Assembly (NCBI GenBank): GCA_951406725.2
Contig: OX597838.1
Span: 15,066,001-15,130,000, forward strand
DNA length: 64,000 nt
Direction of reading: 5' to 3'
From: Octopus vulgaris
Lineage: Eukaryota
Shown here: positions 54,370 through 64,000 of the stretch, piece after piece
Layout: each line of letters opens with the position of its first letter
Numbering within the stretch: the first letter of the stretch is position 1
The notes under the pieces: generated by a model
Databases searched by the model: none
Told to the model about the DNA's origin: nothing
The model's input: only the letters and a program-made list of their open reading frames with translations
Translations under genes and position numbers: made by a program

Positions 54370-55097
54370 TTTCTTCTTATTCTTCTTCTTTTTCTTCTTC
54401 TTTTTCTTCTTCTTCTTCTTCTTTTTCTTCTTCTTCTTCTTCTTCTTCTTCTTCTTCTTCTTCTTTCTTCTTCTTCTTCTTTCTTCTTCTTCTTCTTCTT
54501 CTTCTTCTTCTTCTTCTTCTTCTTCTTCTTTTTCTTCTTCTTCTTCTTCTTCTTCTTCTTCTTCTTCTTCTTTTTCTTCTTCTTCTTCTTCTTCTTCTTC
54601 TTCTTCTTCTTTTTCTTCTTCTTCTTTCTTCTTCTTCTTCTTCTTTTTCTTCTTCTTCTTCTTCTTCTTCTTCTTCTTTTTTTTCTTCTTCTTCTTCTTC
54701 TTCTTCTTCTTCTTCTTCTTCTTCTTCTTTTTCTTCTTCTTCTTCTTTTTCTTCTTCTTCTTCTTCTTCTTCTTTTTCTTCTTCTTCTTCTTCTTCTTCT
54801 TCTTCTTCTTCTTCTTCTTCTTCTTCTTCTTCTTCTTCTTCTTCTTCTTCTTCTTTCTTCTTCTTCTTCTTCTTCTTCTTCTTCTTCTTCTTCTTCTTCT
54901 TCTTCTTCTTCTTCTTCTTCTTCTTTTTCTTCTTCTTCTTCTTCTTCTTCTTTTCTTCTTCTTCTTCTTCTTCTTCTTCTTCTTCTTCTTCTTCTTCTTC
55001 TTCTTCTTCTTCTTCTTCTTCTTCTTCTTCTTCTTCTTCTTCTTCTTCTTCTTCTTCTTCTTCTTCTTCTTCTTCTTCTTCTTCTTCTTCCTTTCCA
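54273..55097. repeat. ~820-bp (TTC)n polypyrimidine tract
   Basis: Direct reading; essentially only C and T on the + strand. Confidence 0.97.
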
Positions 55098-55941
55098 ATA
55101 GTGGTCGTGACAAATTAGTGTCTTGTGCTAGAAAGAATAAATTCTACGAACGAGGCGGTTCTTATGTCAGAATATAGTTTATGCCTTTTACTTTACGCCA
55201 AGTCCAACATCATAACTTTCGCCGACATCCTCCAAAGGCAAATGACCAATGCTGTTACATACACAAACGCCCTAGACACACATTAAAGAGCTGTCCATGT
55301 ATCTAGGACAATCCTGCTGTTACCCACATTGTTGATACACACACAAAATACATAAACACCCGAACACACGCACACATCCCAGACTCACATAACTTAAATA
55401 CGCACAAATATTATATACCCATATTACAGCACTGGTTACACAGCTAGGATAGCATTAACGCTGTCGCACGCATGCAAACATCCTAGACTCACGTTACAGT
55501 ACTGCTCCCTGTATGATCAAGTGCACTCTTGCCGTGCTATAACCGCTTGTTCTATGACTAGTCGTTGCTTATCTGAAAATTTGCTCGACTAAAGGTGGTG
55601 CTCCAGCATGGCCACAGTCAAATGACTGAAACGAGTAAAAGAGAGTAAAAGAGTAAGATATATGCTTATGTAAATTGCGATTCTAAACATTAATGGTTTC
55701 CAATTTTGACACAAGGCCAGTAAGTTCGGACGAGAGAGTAAGTCGATTACATCGACCCTAGTTCTCAGCTGCTACCTATTTTTATCAACCCTGAAAGGAT
55801 GAAAAAGTTAAAGTCAACTTCGGCGGCATATGAACTCAGATCGTAAAAGCGTGAAACTGCTATGATATTTTGCGTCTTTGACTGAAGAGGAAAAGTCGGT
55901 TGCGAACATTCCGTGTGTAGAATATTGCTATCTTCATTGCT

Positions 55942-56166
55942 GAGCTGGCAGAAACGTTAGCACGCCAGGCGAAATGCGTAGCCGTATTTCGTCTGCCGTT
56001 ACGTTCTGGGTTCAAATTCCGCCGAGGTCGACTTTGCCTTTCATCCTTTCGGGATCAATAAATTAAGTACTAGTTACGCACTGGGGTCGATGTAATCGAC
56101 TTAATCCGTTTGTCTGTCCTTGTTTGTCCCCTCTGTGTTTAGCCCCTTGTGGGTAGTAAAGAAATA
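55942..56166 (+). mobile_element. Meta-like SINE monomer
   Basis: 13-bp TSD TATCTTCATTGCT (55929-55941 and 56167-56179). Confidence 0.87.
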
Positions 56167-56338
56167 TATCTTCATTGCTATCTTCACTGTTTGAGAAAAA
56201 TATTAGGAATGATCTCGTTTGAGGATTACAAACATCTTTGGCTAGTTTAACCTTGTTGTGTCCACTGATCTGATTGGTTAGCATCTAAGCGCGGTCTGTC
56301 TCTCTACTTATTTCGCGCCAGTGTGTAAACTGACCAAT

Positions 56339-56526
56339 CACGGCTTTCCGATAGGACCTTTCATTTGAGCCGTCTTAACTCCATAAATAGGCTGATTATT
56401 TGATGATTCAGCGTCTTTCGGCTTAAGACTTTTTAAGGTCTTGGTCGGAGACGCTGAATCATCAAATAATCAGCCTATTTATGGAGTTAAGACGGCTCAA
56501 ATGAAAGGTCCTATCCGAAAGCTGTG
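56339..56526. repeat. Long hairpin: 78-bp arms and a self-pairing 32-nt interior
   Basis: 56339-56416 pairs with 56449-56526 (one C:C mismatch, one G:T). Confidence 0.95.
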
Positions 56527-56632
56527 TATTATGTCGTTGGCTAATTTCCCGTCCGTTTAGTTTTCGTCTACTCTGCTTTCGTCTAACTTTTCTCCTCGTT
56601 GCATTCTTTCTCTTCAACCCTTGATACATCCA

Positions 56633-56951
56633 TGTAGCGCAATGCGCATTGTTTGTTTACTTTATTGTAAAAAAATATTCCTTGAATATTCTTGTGCCAC
56701 TCTTAACCCTATCTCCTCTCTTATTCTATATTTATCTCCACTCTTTCTCTCTCTCTCTCTCGTTTTCCCCCTCTTTTCCTCTTACTCTATCTTTTTCAAT
56801 CCCTAATCTACTCTCTCTTTCTCCAGTTTTACCCTCACTTTCCGCCCTCGCTTGCCTCCTTTGCACCTTTCCTCTCTCTGTCTTGCTTACTCTGCTCCTT
56901 CGTTCTTGCTCTCTCTGCCATTTCTCCTCTCTTTCTACTTCTGCTCCTTCG

Positions 56952-57005
<54 letters not shown>

Positions 57006-57415
57006 GTCGCCCCCTCTTTCCCTTTCTCAACACTTCCTCTTCCATACCACATGGCTGGTGCCCGGTGAAAGCGGTGTCGTTCTTTTTCGACCTACCTTTG
57101 ACCAGACTGCTCATGGCTCCTACGTCCGACTCTGTTTCCTCTTTGCGCAATCCCACTCTGTTCGTTCGACAGCTGCAAAGCTCTTTCTGTTATATTTGTG
57201 GTATATGTATAATTATTAATTTTTTTTCTTTGTTTGTATATAGCCGTAAAGCTTCGTACTATCATATATGCATAATTCATTGTCTGTTGTATTTATATAA
57301 TGTCTTGTTTGTTTCTGTCTTAGCACACATTCGCAAGCTTTTTCCCAGTAGCTTAATAAAGGCACTGGCGCCTGCAAAATCGAGCAGTATCAAAGGTAAT
57401 TGGCGTGAAACTACA
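56633..57415 (+). mobile_element. Possible solo LTR
   Basis: TGTAG..CTACA termini and AATAAA at 57355, but no TSD. Confidence 0.25.
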
Positions 57416-57661
57416 ATGACATTTTACGTCTTTGACAGAAGAGGAAAACTCAGCTGTTAATATTCCGTGTATCGTATCGTTCACGTAACTTAGCGGTTCG
57501 GTAAAAGAGGCCAGTAAAAATACCAGACATAAAAAAGAAAGAACTGGTGTCGATTTGTTCGATTAAAATTCTTCAATCGGTGCCCCAGCGTTATGGTATT
57601 CATTCTTGAAGCATATTGACTGCGAAGCAAGCGCCTTAATCGCACGGAAATACATGTACCC

Positions 57662-57754
<93 letters not shown>

Positions 57755-57861
57755 TGTGTGTGTGTGTGTACGTAAAATATGATGTAAATATGTTTTAATA
57801 CGCGTTTAAAGAAACTAGCACTGGCCCAAACGTAAAATGTTACCATTTACGGTAGAACCGA

Positions 57862-58093
57862 ACCTATTTCTTTATTACCCACAAGGGGCTAAACACAGAG
57901 GGGAAAAACAAGGACAGACATAGGTATTAAGTCGATTACATCGACCCCAGTGCGTAACTGGTACTTATTTAATCGACCCCGAAAGGATGAAAGGCAAAGT
58001 CGACCTCGGCGGAATTTGAACTCAGAGCGTAACGGCAGACGAAATACGGCTACGCATTTCGCCCGGCGTGCTAACGGTTCTGCCAGCTCGCCG
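57862..58093 (-). mobile_element. Meta-like SINE monomer
   Basis: Full reverse-complement unit with head. Confidence 0.85.
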
Positions 58094-58751
58094 ACCTAAC
58101 TATTCGATCTCTGGTCAGAAAATATTTCACTACATCGAGATCCGGTATTTTCAGGTGCAAGCCCCTACTCCCACCACTACCACCACTACCAGCCGGAAGT
58201 CAACAACACTGATCAGCCGGCGATCTCCTGTATTGACACCAAAGGTCGGCCGACCGCCGGTTTTTTTGTTGCACTATTACGTTATAGAGATATAAATATC
58301 TATGTATATATGCAGTGTGTATTCTGTATTTACATTATGTATATTTACATTATGTGTCTTTAAATAAGGTGTGTACATTTACGTAAATGTCTGTGAAATT
58401 CTATAGCTGTGATGTCTGTTTGCCTATGTTCTGAACCAATTGTGTGAGCTAGACGTTATTTCCTGGGCCGTTCTTTTTCAAAGGTGATTTTATATTTTTA
58501 CTAAAAGTTTTGCTATTACTCACCTCTTTTCCATTTTACAACAGCCAATATATATAATAATGTTTCTTCTATTTCCACTGTCATTATCTTTCATACTAGT
58601 CACACTACTTTAACACTTAATTATAAGTAATGCAATGATAATATATTGTGTAGGCGTTTGTATAAGTGTGTGTGCGTATTTCTATATGCGCGCGTGTGGG
58701 TGTATGTCACTCAAAAGTAGTTTTTTACATATATATATATATATATATATA

Positions 58752-59161
58752 TCTTTTACTCTTTTACTTGTTTCAGTCCTTTGCCTGCGGCCATGCTGGA
58801 GCACCGCCTTTAGTCGAGCAAATCGACCCCGCGACTTATTCTTTGTAAGCCCAGTACTTATTCTATCGGTCTCTTTTGCCGAACCGCTAAGTGACGGCGA
58901 CGTAAATACACCAGCATCGGTTGTCAAGCAATGCTAGGGGGACAAACACAGACACACAAACATGCACACACACATATATATATATGTATATATATACATA
59001 TATACGACGGGCTTCTTTCAGTTTCCGTCTACCAAATCCACTCATAAGGCTTTGGTCGGCCCGAGGCTATAGTAGAAGACACTTGCCCAAGATGCCACGC
59101 AGTGGTACTGAACCCGGAACCATGTGGTTGGTAAACAAGCTACTTACCACACAGCCACTCC
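58752..59161 (-). mobile_element. Full-length CORE-like SINE
   Basis: Same family as 4170. Confidence 0.87.
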
Positions 59162-59199
59162 TTCAGGAAACTTCTCCGATACACTTTAGTCGTAAGCGA

Positions 59200-59243
<44 letters not shown>

Positions 59244-59640
59244 ACATTTTACTTGTTTCAGTCATTAGACTGGAGTTGAGTGAATCGACTTCAGTACATT
59301 GTTTTTAAGCTTGGTACTATTCTACTGTTCTGTTTTGCCGAATCGCTAAATTATGGGGACGTAAGCACACAAACACTAGTTGTCAAGCGGGGAAGGAGAC
59401 ACACACACAACACACACAACACACAGGCACACACATATGATGGATTTTCCTGCCGTGAACGACAAATGAGGGTTCAGTAAAATAAAGCGTTAATCAACGT
59501 TCAATGGACACAAATGTGTCTCTTGAGGCTTGCTGGTGCCTTGCAAACCTTTTGGCAAATGGAACAAGTTGAGGACTCAGTTTGCTAGAGTGCTTGTCGA
59601 TCATTTACTATGTGTTTTCTTGAGTGGACGGCAAGGCCTG

Positions 59641-59686
<46 letters not shown>

Positions 59687-59689
59687 TAT

Positions 59690-59943
59690 TAAATTAGAGA
59701 TAAAACCACTATTAGGCAAATCATACAATGAAAAACTTAAGCCAAAACATAAGATTAATTAATTTATATTATTTTAAATATATATCAAAATTATTAAAAA
59801 AAGATAATTAGATAATTAATACTAATTATCTTTTTTTAATAATTTTGATATATATTTAAAATAATATAAATTAATTAATCTTATGTTTTGGCTTAAGTTT
59901 TTCATTGTATGATTTGCCTAATAGTGGTTTTATCTCTAATTTA
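59690..59943. repeat. Perfect AT-rich palindrome, 122-bp arms, 10-nt spacer, inside (TA)n
   Basis: 59690-59811 is the exact reverse complement of 59822-59943. Confidence 0.95.
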
Positions 59944-60033
59944 TTATATAATATTTTACTATAAAATTGGATTCAATCCTAAATCTGATTTTTCCCTGTA
60001 AGTTTGGATTTATTCCCTAATATTTTATTATTA

Positions 60034-60083
<50 letters not shown>

Positions 60084-60231
60084 CGGGCTTCTTTCAGTTT
60101 CCGACTACCAAATCCACTCACAAGGCCTTGGTCAGCCCGAGGCTATAGTCGAAGGCACGTACCCAAGATACCACGCAGTGGGATAGAACCCGGAACAATG
60201 TGGTTAGGAAGCAAACTTCTTACCACACAGC

Positions 60232-60370
60232 CTGTGTGCAAAATAACTCAAAAAGAATAGTGAACGGTATTTGATGAAAGTTGCAGGAAAAGTTGGTAAT
60301 GACACAAGGAACAGATGATGAAATTTTGGTAGTGATCCGAGAATTTTTATGGATTCTTGAAGGATTTTTC
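60232..60370 (+). mobile_element. Possible Helentron-associated (HINE/DINE-like) fragment
   Basis: ATAACTCAAAAAG..TGATGAAA..GACACAAGGAACAGATGATGAAATTTTGGTAGTGATCC resembles recalled non-autonomous rolling-circle elements of aquatic animals. No termini are visible. Confidence 0.4.
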
Positions 60371-60832
60371 ATTTGTTATATTTACTTTAAATGAAATATT
60401 ACGTTACGTTCTTTGATTATCTCCCTTGAAAACACGTTTATCGTTTCCACGAAACCTATGGTGGCGTTGCTGAAAATGTTAACGGAAGCTGGGATGGAAT
60501 AGTAAGGCTATTTTAATTGGAAGAATTTCCTCCGTGACTTAAGCGCAGTTGTTTCACTTTTTCCAGGAAAATGTTTTAAAAAGTTACAGAGGCTTAAAGT
60601 TTGATAATTTTCACCCAATCAGGAAACAGGATTTGGAAGCTGTCATTTTGTGCGTGACAGCACATCATGTCAATCGTAAACAAAGCAAATTGGGTAAGGA
60701 GTGGGACATTGAAATTTTTAAAAAAACTTTTTTTTTTTTTTGTTTTGTTAAATCGTAATCTCCGATATCGAAAACATGAATCTGAAAAAGATTTTTTCTT
60801 TATATGAGTTGGTGTGTTGAAGCATATTCTGT

Positions 60833-61068
60833 TGTCTGGGGAGAGTCATTCTCTTTTAGTGCATTATTATTTAACACACTCACCGGTAAAATTTCCACTT
60901 ATTTCTTATTCTTATTTTCTAAAATTTTCGTTGCGTCTTGCAACCTTTTCAATAGTTTTGCAACACGCAACGAAAATTTTAGAAAATAAAAATAAGAAAT
61001 AAGTGGAAATTTTACCGGTGAATGTGTTAAATAATAAGGCACTAAAAGAGAATGACTCTCCCCAGACA
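60833..61068. repeat. Palindrome, ~111-bp arms, 14-nt spacer
   Basis: TGTCTGGGGAGAGTC..TTGCAA pairs with TTGCAA..GACTCTCCCCAGACA, with about four mismatches. Confidence 0.93.
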
Positions 61069-61149
61069 CAACATAATTTTTTTTTTAATTACTGGTTCAA
61101 AAGTTCGAAGAAGTACCGAAACTTGAACACATTTCAATTAAAAGAGAGT

Positions 61150-61538
61150 GGATGGAAGCACTCCGTCGGTTACGACGACGAAGGTTCCGGTTGATCCGAA
61201 TCAACGGAACAGCCTGCTCGTGAAATTAACGTGTAAGTGGCTGAGCACTCCACAGACACGTGTACCCTTAACGTAGTTCTCGGGGATATTCAGCGTGACA
61301 CGGAGAGTGACAAGGCCGGCCCTTTGAAATACAGGTACAACAGAAACAGGAAGTAAGAGTGAGAGAAAGTTGTGGTGAAAGAGTACTGCAGGGATCACCA
61401 CCATCCCCTGCCGGAGCCTCGTGGAGCTTTAGGTGTTTTCGCTCAATAAACACTCACAACGCCCGGTCTGGGAATCGAAACCGCGATCCTATGACCGCGA
61501 ATCCGCTGCCCTAACCACTGGGCCATTGCGCCTCCACT
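61150..61538 (-). mobile_element. Full-length tRNA-derived SINE, same family as 7954-8340
   Basis: Reverse complement of the 7954 copy; 13-bp TSD ATTAAAAGAGAGT (61137-61149 and 61539-61551). Confidence 0.9.
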
Positions 61539-61734
61539 ATTAAAAGAGAGTAATGAATGTCTCACATCATTGTAGAATTTTTTGGCAGACACAACTGTAA
61601 GCCAATGGACCCCTTTTCATTTATCTCGGTTAATATTTTTATATTTTCTTTTCTTGACGTTCTTGATAATGCAACATACATCTGACCATGTGCGAAGAAT
61701 TGTGTTGGGAGATATTAGTCTTTTACTGTCTTGC

Positions 61735-61927
61735 TCTTTTATTTGTTTCGATCATTTGATTGCGGCCATGCTGGAGCACCGCCTTTAGTCGAGAAAAATC
61801 GACCCCCAGGACTTATTCTTTGTAAGCCTAGTACTTATTCTATCGGTCTCTTTTGCCAAACCGCTAAGTTACAGGGACGTAAACACACCACCATCGGCTG
61901 TAAAGCGATGTTGGGGAGACAAACACA

Positions 61928-61998
<71 letters not shown>

Positions 61999-62012
61999 GT
62001 ATATGTATATAT

Positions 62013-62046
<34 letters not shown>

Positions 62047-62206
62047 ACATACATATGACGGGCTTCTTTCAGTTTCCGTCTACCAAATCCACTCCCAAGG
62101 CTTTGGTCGGCCCGAGGCTATAGTAGAAGACACTTGCCCAAGTTGCCACGCAGTGGGACTGAACCCGGAACCATGTGGCTGGTAAGCAAGCTACTTACCA
62201 CACAGC

Positions 62207-62207
<1 letters not shown>
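61735..62207 (-). mobile_element. Full-length CORE-like SINE
   Basis: Same family as 4170, with an expanded internal (CA)n/(TA)n. Confidence 0.87.
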
Positions 62208-62274
<67 letters not shown>

Positions 62275-63315
62275 TCGTCCCCGACGCTTGAGAACTGGCG
62301 TTGGTTTGTTTATGTCACCGTAACATTAACGTTTCTCGGCAGAAGATATCGATACAACAAATATGAGACTTATGAAATCAACTTTGTACCTGTGTCGATT
62401 TGGTCGGCGAAAATCTCCCAGGGTGGTACCTCATTATATAGGCACACGTCCAATAACTTAGATAGGCAAAAAATCAACGAAGACAAAACACAGAGATAAT
62501 TTTCGGACCTGAACAGTCAGGCCTAAGTAACGTCTTAACATACTTTCCAGAGAACAACAGCGAGTCGTAAGTAACGCCATATTTTCTGAGACTTTCTTCA
62601 ACATATTTTTTCAGAATACAACAGTTAGTCACAAATGATGTCAGGGCTTTGTTTTGTGTTTGGTTGTTGTTGTTGTTGTTGTTTTTTTTTTTAATCTTTA
62701 TTCTATTTATTTATCTTTTACATTTTTCATCTGAAAAAGAAAAAAAAATCTCGTATCAAAAACTTGTTCAGAAAACTTATGAATATTTTGACGACTGTCA
62801 TGCAGTATCTCCGCACCAAAATATTTTAGTGAATAAAACATTCGTTTCTCTCCCGATAAAAGCTGGCCTCAAATTGGAACAGTCTGTCGTTTTCTTCCTT
62901 CTTTCATTTTTCTATCATTCTTTCTTTTTTTTTCTCACTCTTCATTCTTTTCCTTCCTTCCTTTTTTCTTTGCTTCGTTTTCTCCTCCATTTTTTACCTT
63001 TAATTCTTCCTCTTATTCTCGCTCTTTCGTCCTCTCTCTCGCTTTTCTTCCTCTCTCTCTCTCTTCCTCTTATTCTCGCTCTTTCGTCCTCTCTCTCGCT
63101 TTTCTTCCCCTCTCTCTCTCTTCCTCTCTCTCTCTCCAGTTTCTCTCTATTTCTTTTCTATCCATTCTTCTCCTTTTCTTGGTTCTTTTTCTCTTTTCTT
63201 TCCTTTTCTCCATTCTTTTTCTATTCTTTCCCTCTTTCATTCGTTTTTTTTCACATAAGTCTTGTGTGTCACTGTATATATGTGTGTGCGTGCATGTGAG
63301 TGCCTGTGTGTATAA

Positions 63316-63394
<79 letters not shown>

Positions 63395-63512
63395 CATGTA
63401 TATCTCACTCTGTTCTTTCCTTCCTTTTTTTTTTTTTCTTTTCCTTCAGTTCATTCATTCTCTCTTTCAACCTTTACACACATCCCAAATTTATTCACCC
63501 TTTTCCTTCTCC

Positions 63513-63543
<31 letters not shown>

Positions 63544-64000
63544 TCACACCCTTACATACAAACATACACACACACACATACACAAACACACACACCCACA
63601 CAAGTTCACTCATTCTCTATTTTTCATTTTCATTTTCTTTTTACCAATTTCTCTGCCGTCTCGCGATATTTTTGAAAAATTTCCTGATTATATAGCTCTT
63701 CAAATATTAATATTGGCATAGGTGTTCCATGAAATGGATGCAGATGTTTCGCAACAGAAGAATAGATAAGTACCAGCTCTGTTTTATTTTCCAAAATGAA
63801 ATACCGTAATCATATTTTCGCTGCCAAAACAATATCTCAAAACTCATTTTTACTCTGTGCGTAGCGTGTGTAGATGTGTTCATATATATATATACATATA
63901 CACACACACATATATGTATAAATATATATATTACATGTACATATATATAAATACATATGTATATATACATATATATACATATATGTAGATATTTACATAT

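Overview
AT-rich, microsatellite-saturated animal DNA. The SINE families and simple-repeat load look like a coleoid cephalopod, probably Octopus (inferred, not verified). Only one convincing protein-coding region is present: an intronless 643-codon minus-strand ORF (10222-12153) for a C2H2 protein. It has three dispersed fingers and a C-terminal Ikaros/Hunchback/Pegasus/TRPS1-type dimerisation finger pair. Candidate non-coding upstream exons and a promoter lie on the same strand at about 13.3, 29, 31.5 and 53.5 kb. The rest is tRNA-derived SINEs (a CORE-like family, a Meta-domain-like family that forms tandem multimers, and a tRNA-Arg-like family with TSDs), fragments of RTE, CR1/L2-like and R4/Dong-like LINEs, three long palindromes and many microsatellites. 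Almost all other ORFs in the track are repeat artefacts. The most notable signal is a small non-coding element that joins a tRNA-like Pol III head, an (AAT)n spacer and a minimal type I hammerhead ribozyme (copies at about 19.1 and 20.4 kb, head only at 46.9 kb). One copy has a Penelope-style inverted end.
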